A stretch of 64,000 nt of DNA from Candidatus Saccharimonadota bacterium (lineage in GTDB: Bacteria > Patescibacteriota > Saccharimonadia > CAILAD01 > BJGX01). Position numbers and translations under genes: made by a program. Shown here piece after piece: positions 27,775 to 38,526 of the stretch. Location: positions 16,219 through 80,218 of the forward strand of contig JAXLZU010000002.1 of the NCBI GenBank assembly GCA_046350735.1, in the 5' to 3' direction. How positions within the stretch are numbered: the first letter of the stretch is position 1; each line of letters starts with the position of its first letter. The notes beneath the pieces were generated by a model. That model was not told the DNA's origin. It made no database searches and worked only from the letters and a program-made list of their open reading frames with translations.

Positions 27775-30527
27775 TAGTCTAAATCTCCCCAACTTTTACC
27801 TGTTTTAATACCAACTTCTATCGGTACTGCAAATCTATGTACATTTGTCATTTCTACCTCCATTATGTTAGCTACCTTTTTCGCGTCTGACTCTCTGCAT
27901 TCTACAATAAGTTCGTCATGAATTTGCAAAATTAAGTTAGCCTCGGGTGGAAGTTTTTTGTGAATACGAATCATCGCTAGCTTCATCATATCGGCAGCTG
28001 TACCCTGGAGTGGCATATTTACTGCAGCTCTTTCGGCGGCCGAGCGAATAATAAAGTTACTCGATCTAACATCTGGGCACGGACGTCGACGACCAAATAA
28101 TGTTTCTGTATAGCCAACATCGTGAGCCATTTTTTTAATTTTAGCAATGTAGTCGGCTACAGCTTTGCGGGTCTGAAAGTAGCGCTCGATAAATTCTTTG
28201 GCCTGAGCATAGTCAAAACCAGTTGCTACTGATAGACCATGGGTATTCATACCATATAAAACGCCAAAATTAATAGCTTTGGCTGCGTAGCGCTGCTCGG
28301 GCTTTACCTCGCTTGGTTTAATACCAAACATTTCGGCAGCAGTCTGAGTATGAATATCTGCACCATCTACAAAAGCCTTTATCATTGGTTTGTCACCTGC
28401 CAAATCTGCTGCTAAGCGTAATTCTATCTGGCTATAATCGGCACTAACAAACACCCTGCCCTCACCTGCCACAAAGGCTTTACGAATCTGTCTACCCACC
28501 TCAGTACGAACGGGGATGTTTTGTAGATTTGGATTCGTACTACTCAGTCTACCAGTCTGCGCAATTGTTTGATTATAACTAGTGTGTATCTTGCCATCGG
28601 CGCCTACAAGCTGTGGCAGAGCATCTACATAGGTGCTTACTAGCTTGGTAAGCTCGCGGTATTCAAAAAGCTCATCAATTATAGGGTGGCGGCCACGCAT
28701 TTTTTCGAGCTCAGAGGCTGCCGTACTAATACCTGTCTTTGTCTTTTTTAGCCCTGTAGAATCAATCTTGAGTTGCTCAAAGAGAATAGTTTGTAATTGG
28801 GCTGGCGAGCTAACATTAAATTCTTTACCTGCATGTTTCCAAATTGATTTACGTAGATTCTCTATTTTTGTAGCAAATTCTTTAGATAACTTTGCCAAAA
28901 ACTGCTTATCTAGTGTAACGCCAGTCAGCTCCATATCGCCTAACACCTCTATGAGTGGCCACTCGAGCATGGCTGCCATTTCGGTGAGCTTTTTATTGCC
29001 AGTTGGCTCTGTTTTTAACTCAACCACTTGTTTTTGATACAGTCGCCAAGCAATATCAGCGTCCTCAGCCGCGTATTTTGTAGCCTCATCTATAGGTACA
29101 ACATTAAAGGTTTGTTGTTTCTTACCTTTTTTGCCTATTAGTTCTTCTATATCTATCATTGAGATGCCAAGCTCACTATAGGCCAGCTCAGAAAGAGTTT
29201 GTGCCCTACCAATTGGGCTGATTAAGAAGGCAGCCACCATAGTATCGAAAACGATTGGCTCAAGCTTAATGCCATTTTTATTAAACATCTCGTAATCATA
29301 CTTAATGTTATGGCCCAACTTACCTATCTTACTGTTCTCTAAAATTGGCTTGAGTGCAGCAAGCACAACTTGCAGAGGCAATTGTTTACCAACGTCGTGT
29401 CCTACAGGAATGTAATATGCCTCTCCTTCTTTAAACGAAAGTGATATTCCAACTAGCTTGGCCTGCATAATATCTACGCTTGTTGTTTCGGTATCAACCG
29501 ATATGACTGTTTGTTTTTCTAATACAGTAATCAGCTTTTGCAGATCTGCATCAGTATTTACACAGTAATACTTTGCCTTTTTGAGATGTTCACGATTAAA
29601 CTGCTCAGCCACTGTAGCAGACTCTTCTTCGAATAAGTTGGCTTGCGAGGCATCAGCTACCGTTTTCCCAGGTAATTTAGAGAGTAGGCTCTTAAACTCG
29701 AGTTGATGAAATAGATCGTACACTTTTTTTCTATCATATTCATGCAATGCAGCGTCGCGCAGATCGAAAGTAAATTCTACATCTCGTTTGATACGCGAAA
29801 GTTCTAATGAAAGATAAGCGCTGTCTTTGCCAGCTTCGAGTTTTTTGGCAAGAGCCGGTTTTATCTCACCGAGATGCTGATACATATTATCAAGCGTTTT
29901 GTATTCTGCCACCAGTTGTGTTGCCCCTTTATCTCCAATGCCAGCAACACCAGGAATATTATCACTGGTATCACCCTTTAGGGCCTTATACACCACAAAT
30001 TCTTCTGGTGTAACACCATATTTTTCTTCTACTTCTCTAGGTGTATAAAGAAACGTATCGGTAAAACCTTTGCGCATAGTATAGATACCAACATGTTCAG
30101 TAACAAGTTGCAGCTCATCCATATCACCAGTTACTACTACCACTACATGGTTTTTCTCATATTGGGTAGTCAGGGTACCAATAATATCATCAGCTTCATA
30201 ACCTGGTGCTTCTATTAATGGAATATTAAATGCATCTACTACCTCTTTAGTAAGCGGTAATTGTGCATACAGCTCGTCTGGTGCTTTTTTACGGGTAGCT
30301 TTGTAGTCTTTGTAGTGATCATGTCGAAATGTCTTACCAGGCGCATCCCATGCCACTACGGCATAGTCTGGCTTTAGCTCACGCAGTGCTAAAAGCATCA
30401 TCATAGTAAAACCATACACAGCATTAGTAGGAGTTCCATCTTTGGTAGTTAAATACGGAATAGCATGAAACCCACGATGCACCAGTGCATGACCATCGAA
30501 GATTACTATTTTTTTGCGCGCACTCAT
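27774..30527 (-). CDS. polA: DNA polymerase I
   Basis: 5'-3' exonuclease (EADDIIGT), 3'-5' exonuclease (DTET), motifs DYSQIELR, KAINFG.LYG, QIHDEL. Confidence 0.99.
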   Translation of the reverse strand: MSARKKIVIFDGHALVHRGFHAIPYLTTKDGTPTNAVYGFTMMMLLALRELKPDYAVVAWDAPGKTFRHDHYKDYKATRKKAPDELYAQLPLTKEVVDAFNIPLIEAPGYEADDIIGTLTTQYEKNHVVVVVTGDMDELQLVTEHVGIYTMRKGFTDTFLYTPREVEEKYGVTPEEFVVYKALKGDTSDNIPGVAGIGDKGATQLVAEYKTLDNMYQHLGEIKPALAKKLEAGKDSAYLSLELSRIKRDVEFTFDLRDAALHEYDRKKVYDLFHQLEFKSLLSKLPGKTVADASQANLFEEESATVAEQFNREHLKKAKYYCVNTDADLQKLITVLEKQTVISVDTETTSVDIMQAKLVGISLSFKEGEAYYIPVGHDVGKQLPLQVVLAALKPILENSKIGKLGHNIKYDYEMFNKNGIKLEPIVFDTMVAAFLISPIGRAQTLSELAYSELGISMIDIEELIGKKGKKQQTFNVVPIDEATKYAAEDADIAWRLYQKQVVELKTEPTGNKKLTEMAAMLEWPLIEVLGDMELTGVTLDKQFLAKLSKEFATKIENLRKSIWKHAGKEFNVSSPAQLQTILFEQLKIDSTGLKKTKTGISTAASELEKMRGRHPIIDELFEYRELTKLVSTYVDALPQLVGADGKIHTSYNQTIAQTGRLSSTNPNLQNIPVRTEVGRQIRKAFVAGEGRVFVSADYSQIELRLAADLAGDKPMIKAFVDGADIHTQTAAEMFGIKPSEVKPEQRYAAKAINFGVLYGMNTHGLSVATGFDYAQAKEFIERYFQTRKAVADYIAKIKKMAHDVGYTETLFGRRRPCPDVRSSNFIIRSAAERAAVNMPLQGTAADMMKLAMIRIHKKLPPEANLILQIHDELIVECRESDAKKVANIMEVEMTNVHRFAVPIEVGIKTGKSWGDLD

Positions 30528-30585
30528 ATACGTATTATAGCTGATACCGTGAGAATTCCGACAGCATATGCTTTATAATTAGTAT

Positions 30586-30858
30586 ATGAGCGAAATTCGT
30601 CACGATTTAGGCTACCACAATGAGTTGCCATCAGAAGATAGCCAGCGCGCTATGCGACGGATATTGGCCGGTGAACCACTAAACGATCCAAAGCCTGATT
30701 GGAAATTAGATGAAGAAACTAAAGAGATTGGTCGCAGAGGTGTAGCTGATACCCGGGCTATTTTAGAAGCCAAGCGCAAACAAAGCACAGGCGAGGCACT
30801 CACACCAGAAGAAGAACGAATTTTAGCTAATTTGTATCAACAAGAAACTGAAGAATAA
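30586..30858 (+). CDS. Small hypothetical protein
   Basis: 90-aa ORF starting shortly after TATAAT and ending at a terminator. Confidence 0.6.
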   Translation: MSEIRHDLGYHNELPSEDSQRAMRRILAGEPLNDPKPDWKLDEETKEIGRRGVADTRAILEAKRKQSTGEALTPEEERILANLYQQETEE

Positions 30859-30887
30859 AAAAACCCGCTAGATCAGCGGGTTTTTTT
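30857..30887. terminator. Bidirectional terminator
   Basis: A7-CCCGCT/AGCGGG-T7. Confidence 0.9.
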
Positions 30888-30901
30888 ATATCAACAACGA
30901 A

Positions 30902-32020
30902 TTATTGAATATAGTCTTTAAGTTTCTTACTATCTTTGTGTTTACGTAGTTTGGTAAGTGCCTTAGCCTCAATTTGTCTAATACGCTCTCGGGTAACGCC
31001 AAATTCTTGACCAACTTCTTCGAGAGTATGACTACGTCCGTCCTCTAGGCCAAAGCGCATACGCAAAATCTTTTGTTCACGTGGTGTAAGTAAATCGAGT
31101 GTTTCATCAATATGTTCTTTTAAAAGCTCAAATGTAGCAGCTTCTTCTGGGCTCACCCCTTCTTGATCTTCAATAAAATCTCGCAAACTCGAGTCGTCAT
31201 CTTCGCCCACAGTAGCATCAAGACTAGTGGTGTCTTGGCTAATCTTCATAATATGATTCACCTTCTCGACATCAATTTCCATCTCTTTGGCAACTTCTTC
31301 TGGTAATGGTTCGCGGCCAAGCTCAGTCGTTAGACGGCGTTGGGTACGAATAAGTTTGTTGATTGTTTCTACCATGTGTACCGGAATACGAATAACACGG
31401 GCCTGGTCAGCAATGGCGCGGGTAATAGCTTGGCGAATCCACCAGGTGGCATATGTAGAAAACTTAAATCCCTTGGTGTAGTCAAACTTCTCTACCGCAC
31501 GTAAAAGGCCAGTATTACCTTCTTGAATTAAATCGAGTAGGTCTAGACCACGCCCAATATATTTCTTGGCAATACTTACTACCAAACGCATATTTGCTTC
31601 GGCAAGAGCATCTTTAGCCGCTTTGTCGCCTTTTTCGATACGCTTGGCAAGAGCTACTTCTTCTTCGCCAGAAATAAGTGGAATCTTACCTATTTCACGA
31701 AGATAGAGACGTACAGAGTCGTCTGCAATATCTTTTATATATTCATCACTGGTAGCTTTTTCGACATCTTCTTCAGTCTCAGTTTGCCAGATCATTTTTT
31801 CTTTTTGATCAACTACTTCGATTCCCTGATCTATAAGAGTCGAATAAAGATCATCAAGGCCATCAACATTGTTTTCGGCATCAGGAATTGTCGACATAAT
31901 TTCTTGCTGGGTAACAAATCCTTTAGTACGGCCTTTTTTTACAAGCTTATCTATAGCTTCTTCGTTTTGAATTTCTTCGTCAGTAAGTTCACTTGGAATA
32001 GGGGCAGATTTTTTTGGCAT
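30902..32020 (-). CDS. rpoD: Primary sigma factor RpoD
   Basis: [45 protein letters not shown]. Confidence 0.99.
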   Translation of the reverse strand: MPKKSAPIPSELTDEEIQNEEAIDKLVKKGRTKGFVTQQEIMSTIPDAENNVDGLDDLYSTLIDQGIEVVDQKEKMIWQTETEEDVEKATSDEYIKDIADDSVRLYLREIGKIPLISGEEEVALAKRIEKGDKAAKDALAEANMRLVVSIAKKYIGRGLDLLDLIQEGNTGLLRAVEKFDYTKGFKFSTYATWWIRQAITRAIADQARVIRIPVHMVETINKLIRTQRRLTTELGREPLPEEVAKEMEIDVEKVNHIMKISQDTTSLDATVGEDDDSSLRDFIEDQEGVSPEEAATFELLKEHIDETLDLLTPREQKILRMRFGLEDGRSHTLEEVGQEFGVTRERIRQIEAKALTKLRKHKDSKKLKDYIQ

Positions 32021-32043
32021 AAATCTCCAGTTATAATTAATTG

Positions 32044-33792
32044 CTAATCGTTCTCGTCGTTTAAAAGACGTTGATATTTTTGTAGTAATCTGTGAGCCGT
32101 CTCTTGGTTGCCTTCGGCTTCTGCCAAAGCAATCTGACGACTAAGTACTCGCTTCTGTTTTTCTCGATATATTCGAACTAATCTATTTACTTGGGTAAAG
32201 GCTTCGAGCCGTGCGTCGTGCTCCGATAAATCAGAGTTCACTTCTTCTCCCCGTAGTGTCAAAATCTTAACATAGTTAGAAGATTCAGGCAAGAGTTTTG
32301 CCAACTTCTCACTTGTTAGACCTGTCTGCTTTAGTAACGCCGAGAAAATTGCTTTGTGACGCTCACTAATGTAATCGGTCTTTAAATCACCCAATGCACT
32401 CCGAGTCTCTAGGCGAGTAAGCAGTATTTCTAAGAGTGTTTGTTCTATCTGTTCTTGGCGAGTAAGTTTGGGCTCTTTGGTGCCTTCTAGCTCAGCAGGC
32501 TTTACTTCTTGCAATGGCGCAGGCTCACCACTTAATTTACGCGTAATAGCATCTTCGCTAACGTCGAGTATCTGAGCAACCTTGGCTACATAATGCGATT
32601 GCTCTATACTGTCATGCATGCCGGCAATTATTGGTAACACAAATTGTGCAAACTGCTTTTTACCATAAGCAGTATTGGTATCATACTTTTCCATACCAAA
32701 ACGAATTAAATAATCGGGTGCATATTCTGCACTACTTAGCGCTACATCCCAAGCTTTTTTATCTTTTTTAATTAATTCATCGGGGTCTTTTGCGCCTTTG
32801 TAACTAACCACAGAAAGTCGTACATCTAGACCATCACCAAGTTTGATTGCTCGTGCTGTGGCTTCTACCCCAGCCTCGTCCTGATCAAAACAAAGCAAAA
32901 TATTCTTGCTTAACCTACCAAGGTTTTTTAGCTGAAACTCGCTAAAGGCAGTGCCGCTGACAGCCACAACATTGTAATATCCATGGTTGCTCAGCCCCAC
33001 AACATCCATATTGCCCTCAACCACAATTACTGCATCTTGTTTGAGAATTGCCTCTTTGGCCTGTGCCAGTCCATAAATTACCTGATTTTTCTGATAAATT
33101 GGTGTTTCTGGAGTGTTAATATACTTAGCAGCAACAGCTTCTTTGTCTAAGATACGTGCCGAAAACCCAACTACACGTTTTTGGGCATCAAATATTGGAA
33201 ACATCAGCCGTCCACGAAACAAATCGTAGACCGAGTCTCGTCCGTCCTTCTGGGCAACGAGTCCAGCTTGTTTTAAGTCTATGTTAGAATACCCTTTTTG
33301 GGCTAAAAATTTGCTCAAACCATCCCAGCTATCTGGGCTGTAGCCAAGTTTGTATTGTTTAATTACTTCACCACTCAATCCGCGCTCTGTTTTGCAATAT
33401 TTAAGAGCAGTGGTGTGTTTTGACAGCGCAAGATGGAAAAACCTCATTGCTTCTTCGTTAGCATCATATAGACGCTGCTTATTTTGGCGCTTTTCGCCAG
33501 ACTGTTTAGAGCGTGGCTTAAGTGTAACGCCAGCTCTTTTGGCTAACATCTCAAGGGCATCATAAAATTCTAGGCCCTCTTGCAGCATTACAAATGTAAA
33601 TACGTCTCCACCCTTACCAGTACTAAAATCGTGCCAAATATTTTTTTCGGGGCTAACAATAAAACTTGGTGTTTTTTCGGTCTTAAACGGACTAAGCCCT
33701 TTAAAATTTGCCCCTGTCTGCTTTAGCGGCACATAAGAACCTATTACCTCGACTATATCGAGACGTTGTTTTATTTCGTCAACCTCATTCAT
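32044..33792 (-). CDS. dnaG: DNA primase
   Basis: Zinc-binding-like N-terminal domain (Cys-free variant [13 protein letters not shown]), [26 protein letters not shown]. Confidence 0.97.
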   Translation of the reverse strand: MNEVDEIKQRLDIVEVIGSYVPLKQTGANFKGLSPFKTEKTPSFIVSPEKNIWHDFSTGKGGDVFTFVMLQEGLEFYDALEMLAKRAGVTLKPRSKQSGEKRQNKQRLYDANEEAMRFFHLALSKHTTALKYCKTERGLSGEVIKQYKLGYSPDSWDGLSKFLAQKGYSNIDLKQAGLVAQKDGRDSVYDLFRGRLMFPIFDAQKRVVGFSARILDKEAVAAKYINTPETPIYQKNQVIYGLAQAKEAILKQDAVIVVEGNMDVVGLSNHGYYNVVAVSGTAFSEFQLKNLGRLSKNILLCFDQDEAGVEATARAIKLGDGLDVRLSVVSYKGAKDPDELIKKDKKAWDVALSSAEYAPDYLIRFGMEKYDTNTAYGKKQFAQFVLPIIAGMHDSIEQSHYVAKVAQILDVSEDAITRKLSGEPAPLQEVKPAELEGTKEPKLTRQEQIEQTLLEILLTRLETRSALGDLKTDYISERHKAIFSALLKQTGLTSEKLAKLLPESSNYVKILTLRGEEVNSDLSEHDARLEAFTQVNRLVRIYREKQKRVLSRQIALAEAEGNQETAHRLLQKYQRLLNDEND

Positions 33793-33864
33793 ATTATAAA
33801 TTATAGGCTTTAAAGCGTACAAAAAGCAAAAAGCAACTCTCTTTATGCGAGAGTTGCTAATAAA

Positions 33865-34254
33865 TTACCAAGTGAGTGGTAATGTTTCGAAATCTTTAAT
33901 TTTGGTGGTACTAACCGGCTCTTGTTTGTCTTCTTGAAGTTGTTTTAGCAGAGCAAGAGATTCTGGCTTATCTCGAAACCGACGCAGACATTGGCGAGCT
34001 TCTCGCTCTGCCAGAGCGGTAAGTTCTGCCATATAGCGTGCCTGGGCTGCCTCATCTTCTTTAAGGCTATCACCTGTTCGGGCAATTCCCCGCTCGTTAC
34101 GACCCTCAACTGCTCGGGCAATATAGCTACCAATTTCGTTCTGAAATGGCTTTAGCTCTGGATGCTCAGCAAGCAAATGTCTTTTAGCAGACGCGATAAT
34201 CGCCAGTGATTCACTCTTAGTAAGGCAATATCTACCTGGCAAAAAATTACCCAT
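33865..34254 (-). CDS. Hypothetical protein (third gene of an accessory operon)
   Basis: GAAAGGA SD; terminator near 33829-33858. Confidence 0.6.
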   Translation of the reverse strand: MGNFLPGRYCLTKSESLAIIASAKRHLLAEHPELKPFQNEIGSYIARAVEGRNERGIARTGDSLKEDEAAQARYMAELTALAEREARQCLRRFRDKPESLALLKQLQEDKQEPVSTTKIKDFETLPLTW

Positions 34255-34570
34255 TGTCGCTTTTCCTTTCTGCAATTTGCGCAGACAAGCCATCTAACGC
34301 CTCAACAAACTGTGGATTCTCACGCAAACGGCGCAAAGACCTCTCTACAGCCGTATACTCACTATATTCTTTCTCTAAGAAGTAGAGGATATCGCGCCAT
34401 AAGAACGTCTCTAGAGTCGACCTTATGGAAGAATCAAGTCCCAGAGAATCTTCGGGCTTAACAATAACACCCCTACTCTTCAACTGCTGACGCAGTTCGT
34501 CATCGAGCTTACGGTGCGGACTAAGTCTTACAACCAGTGGCTTGGGCTTAGATTGATCAAGCGCATTCAT
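34247..34570 (-). CDS. Hypothetical protein (second gene of an accessory operon)
   Basis: ATGA overlap with the upstream gene; GAGGT SD. Confidence 0.65.
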   Translation of the reverse strand: MNALDQSKPKPLVVRLSPHRKLDDELRQQLKSRGVIVKPEDSLGLDSSIRSTLETFLWRDILYFLEKEYSEYTAVERSLRRLRENPQFVEALDGLSAQIAERKSDNG

Positions 34571-35070
34571 ACTGTTACTACCTCTTTTTCGGCAAGAATC
34601 CTTACATACGGCGGGGCTGTCTTTAGCCGCCTATTCACATTACGAATAATCTGATCAAGACTACGATTCTTGGCAATTGAGGCCTGAATAACACGTTGTG
34701 CATAGCTAGCCAGAGCACTGCGCTGGCCATAACTAATCGGCATGCCGTTCAAGAAATCATCAACCAGACGCTCTGGACTAAGTCGCCCTTCTTTGACAGC
34801 AAGTTGTACCTCGAAACGCCGCCAATGATTCAGTACAGTAGAGCGAGAAGCAAAATAGCGCTTTACACGACGCTGATACTCACGCGTAAGGTTGTTATTT
34901 TTATTGGGTGTTGCATCAATAGCAATAATTGCTGACTTCACCATGTGCTCTACAAATGCTTTGCGTTGTTTGGTAGCTAGGAGAGGAATATCGCCATCTT
35001 CAACACATGTCAGGTACCGTGCAGTGGCTACAAGCTGAATGTAGTCACTTATCTTTGGTGTTAGGTGCAC
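34567..35070 (-). CDS. Basic hypothetical protein (first gene of an accessory operon)
   Basis: TTGATA-N17-TATAGT promoter, TCACCC, GGAGG, GTG start. Confidence 0.65.
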   Translation of the reverse strand: MHLTPKISDYIQLVATARYLTCVEDGDIPLLATKQRKAFVEHMVKSAIIAIDATPNKNNNLTREYQRRVKRYFASRSTVLNHWRRFEVQLAVKEGRLSPERLVDDFLNGMPISYGQRSALASYAQRVIQASIAKNRSLDQIIRNVNRRLKTAPPYVRILAEKEVVTV

Positions 35071-35129
35071 TTCTTTACCTCCGGGGGGGGTGAAGTATTT
35101 GCTCACTATACGACTTTTTGGCTAAATTA

Positions 35130-35678
35130 TCAATAGTTTTGAATAATATCTAAGATAAGTGGAAAGTCGGTACCTTTATGTGTAATAAAGTGTCCTTGGT
35201 TTTTAATTTCGAAAGTCTGGCCACCAAGCTGTTTGGCTAATTTTTTACTTCTAGCTGGTTTTACCATTACATCATTATCAGAAAATATGTGATATACCTG
35301 CTTAACATGTGTTTTTACTTGGTCAGTGTTTGGTTCTGGAGAGAAATATCTACTCAGACTCCTGCCACCATTTGTTAAAAACCCAGCTACCAAAATCAGC
35401 TTGGCGGCCTGTTCGCTACCATTGTAATGTTCTAACACTCTCAGCAGAGTAAAGGTACCGAGCGAGTGGCCAACCAGGGCAGTATGTTGGTCTAGCTTTC
35501 CAACTGCTTTGGCAGCAGTTGCCTCCCACGTTTTTAGATTGGGTAGTTTTGGGTTAGGCATTGCAGGCGCAATTACCTCTACCCCGATTTTGCTTAGCTC
35601 TTTGTCTAACCAACCAAGCCAGCCATGATGTGGTTTGTCTGCCCAGCCATGAATAATAATTACTCTTTTTATCTTCAT
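35130..35678 (-). CDS. RBBP9/YdeN family alpha/beta hydrolase
   Basis: IIHGW, GHSLG nucleophile elbow, SDND, GHF. Confidence 0.9.
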   Translation of the reverse strand: MKIKRVIIIHGWADKPHHGWLGWLDKELSKIGVEVIAPAMPNPKLPNLKTWEATAAKAVGKLDQHTALVGHSLGTFTLLRVLEHYNGSEQAAKLILVAGFLTNGGRSLSRYFSPEPNTDQVKTHVKQVYHIFSDNDVMVKPARSKKLAKQLGGQTFEIKNQGHFITHKGTDFPLILDIIQNY

Positions 35679-35745
35679 CAGGTTATTGTAGCACGCCAAA
35701 AATGTTATGGTTTGGCTAATATCTTAACTTAGGTATAGTTGAGGT

Positions 35746-37650
35746 ATGTTTATTTACTCTCGCTTGCAAGGGCAAATTAATAGTATTCAGCCAAAGACTA
35801 TTACTATAGATATCTTTGACACGCTCTTGCTGCGCAGAAATCGCGCAGAACAGTGGCACTTTTGGCAATTTTCTAAAGTGGCTGCCAAAACTCTGCAAAA
35901 TAATAGTATTAGCTGCTCTGCACTCTTATATTTCTCACTCAGAAATTATTACAACCAAGTTTTGCGCAGGGCCAATCTAGACCTTGGGCATGACTACGAA
36001 GCTAGTTTAGATTCTATAAATGAGGCAATTATTCAAGAGGTTTCTCGCCGTAAAGGTAAGAAACTTAGCTTAGCAAATCGTAAAGTCCTGTGTAAAAAAC
36101 TTGCCCAGGCTGAGATAAAATTCGAGAAAGAACACCTCTTTGTTAATAAGAAGCTCGTCTCAGTATTAGAAAATAACAAAGTACCGGTATTTTTTGTAAC
36201 CGATATGTATTTCGATTCACAACAAATTCGCCAGTTGCTTAAAGGGTTTGGCATTCAGTACAGAGGCATAAGCTCGACCGATCACCTACACGGCAAAAGT
36301 AGTGGAAGGAGCTTTGCTAGACTCGGCGAAAAGTTTTCGTCTGTTCGTTTAACTACCAATCTACATATTGGCGACCATCGTCATGCCGATATTGCTGTGC
36401 CAGAACGTTTGGGAATGCACGTTTTTTGGTTAAACCTACCCCTACATCGATTGCGTTTATTAATAACAAAATATTTCTTTGGTCTGCTGGTAAAAGGTAT
36501 TTATGCAAATGCTACAAGAAAGGAATATAACAAAATAACCAAGCCATTATTTGCTCAAAAAAAGACCGCCAGCACAATAGGCAGTATGTTTGCACCGGCA
36601 ATCATTTATTACACTCATTACTTGGGCAGTATAAGCACTACAAAAAAAGCTAAAGTCGCTTTTGTATCGAGTGAATCTTATACGCTGAGCAATTTCTATA
36701 CTCAACTTGGGTTTCGTAACTATGTTGGTCTACCTAAGTTTAGCCGTAGCAGACTAATTCGCAGTTACTGTTACCTGCAGCATCGTAACGGTAGCCGCTA
36801 CATGTCGCTTTTGCCGATGATAAAAAAAGTACAGCGTCGTAAAACTAATTTTGATGCACTGACTACGCTGGGGGCAGTTTCTCAAAATTACCAGTATCAA
36901 TTAACTGGCAAGAAGGCTTTTGCTGAGTATTTAGATAAAAATGATCAGACCATTACACGAGAGTTAAAGAAAGTCTATACGCAAACAGTGCACGAGTTTG
37001 CTAGAGCCGCCAAATCAAAAGATCTTAGCAAAATTATTCTTGCCGATGTTGGCTGGAACTCAACCATTCAAATTCTGCTAAATGATATTTTGCTAGATAA
37101 CAATTACCGCAATGTTCTTTCTGGTATATACCTTGGGCAAACCGGCGGTAATGTATTTAACCCAACCATTCGTACCAATAGCCAGGGTTTGCTCTTTAAC
37201 AACCTTACAGGAACAAATAAATATCTCTATCAGCCAGAGGTGTGGGAAAGTTTTCTGAATACCGATAATGCTGGCCATAACACTCGTGAGCAAATCTTGG
37301 CAAGCATCACAGCATCAATTGCCTATTATCAGAGCTCTAGCCTCTCTCCTCAAGATTATTATCTGGCAAGTAAGAAAAATTTAATAAAGATACTTGCATC
37401 ACCGAACCGGTGGATTATTCAGATCTTTGCACGACTACAATTTGATTATGGTACAGGCAACGAAACACCTGTACCGTTAGTTGACACTTCTCATTCTCCC
37501 CTCTTTGCGTATCGCTTATTACTACGAGACAGAGCTCGATTCAAACAGTTTTACCACGATAATGGTTGGAAATGGGGCGCTGCTAGTTGGTATCATTTTA
37601 GATTGTTATACAGACTTTGGCGCCGAAAAACCAAAAAACCGAGTTTTTAG
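35746..37650 (+). CDS. HAD-superfamily hydrolase, surface-glycan-locus type
   Basis: DIFDTLLLR, TDMY, HIGD...DI, DVGWNSTIQ. Confidence 0.75.
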   Translation: MFIYSRLQGQINSIQPKTITIDIFDTLLLRRNRAEQWHFWQFSKVAAKTLQNNSISCSALLYFSLRNYYNQVLRRANLDLGHDYEASLDSINEAIIQEVSRRKGKKLSLANRKVLCKKLAQAEIKFEKEHLFVNKKLVSVLENNKVPVFFVTDMYFDSQQIRQLLKGFGIQYRGISSTDHLHGKSSGRSFARLGEKFSSVRLTTNLHIGDHRHADIAVPERLGMHVFWLNLPLHRLRLLITKYFFGLLVKGIYANATRKEYNKITKPLFAQKKTASTIGSMFAPAIIYYTHYLGSISTTKKAKVAFVSSESYTLSNFYTQLGFRNYVGLPKFSRSRLIRSYCYLQHRNGSRYMSLLPMIKKVQRRKTNFDALTTLGAVSQNYQYQLTGKKAFAEYLDKNDQTITRELKKVYTQTVHEFARAAKSKDLSKIILADVGWNSTIQILLNDILLDNNYRNVLSGIYLGQTGGNVFNPTIRTNSQGLLFNNLTGTNKYLYQPEVWESFLNTDNAGHNTREQILASITASIAYYQSSSLSPQDYYLASKKNLIKILASPNRWIIQIFARLQFDYGTGNETPVPLVDTSHSPLFAYRLLLRDRARFKQFYHDNGWKWGAASWYHFRLLYRLWRRKTKKPSF

Positions 37651-38489
37651 ACAATGTCGCCGACAGTATAACCAAGCAGATTTGCCATGTCGCTCAATCC
37701 TGGAGTATCAAATAAAACTTGGGTATCGAAAGTTATTTTTTGTCTTGAGTTAGAATGTGTTTTTTGATGATTAAAATCAAACACTTGTCTGCTCAGTCGC
37801 TTTGCGCTCTGCAAAATTTTCTGCCTCCCAAACTCTTCTACTCGAGCAGCAGGATTGCCACCAATGGCATGTATGGGTTTGGTTTGTGATTCTAGCTTGT
37901 AATGTAGCCCTAGAAAATTCTCAATATTACGAATTACTTGCAGTTTGTTAAGTAAAAAGTCCTCATTTCTGACCACATAGTAGGCTATGCCTAACCGATT
38001 GAGTGTACGGAGTGTATCATAGTATGTATCTCTCCAGGCATTTGCTGCCAACCAGGCTGAATCTATGTCTCTATCTAGGCAACTCTGTACATAGTATTTT
38101 GGATTCTTAACTGTAATAATTACTCTAATTTGGTCTATTGGTGTTGCTTGCGCCAACAATCGCAACCAAGCCGGATGCTTGCTCGCGTCTACAATGGTTT
38201 TAGTTTTGAGATGCCTAATGAGATACTTGTGTACTTCGGCGGGGTTTTTTTGTTGAAGCTTTTTAAAAAGCTGGTCGGTATAAATCTTGCAGTCTTCTTG
38301 ATTAATCAGACAGGCTGAGCAAGTCCCCACTTCTCGATCGAGTTGATACTTTTCAAACATACCCGGGATACGTGAAAGCTCTCCCACATAGGTGATCTTG
38401 TTCTTAGAACTATGCAGCGCCATACCTAAAGCAGTAGACCCACTATACGCCGTGCCAAGCAAAACAATACTCTCTAGACTGTTACTCAT
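37647..38489 (-). CDS. Sulfotransferase-family protein
   Basis: G.AYSGST PAPS-binding loop, VGEL, IVDASK. Confidence 0.75.
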   Translation of the reverse strand: MSNSLESIVLLGTAYSGSTALGMALHSSKNKITYVGELSRIPGMFEKYQLDREVGTCSACLINQEDCKIYTDQLFKKLQQKNPAEVHKYLIRHLKTKTIVDASKHPAWLRLLAQATPIDQIRVIITVKNPKYYVQSCLDRDIDSAWLAANAWRDTYYDTLRTLNRLGIAYYVVRNEDFLLNKLQVIRNIENFLGLHYKLESQTKPIHAIGGNPAARVEEFGRQKILQSAKRLSRQVFDFNHQKTHSNSRQKITFDTQVLFDTPGLSDMANLLGYTVGDIV

Positions 38490-38526
38490 GTAATTTAGTC
38501 TAGGCGAAACCTACCTTGCTATGCAA

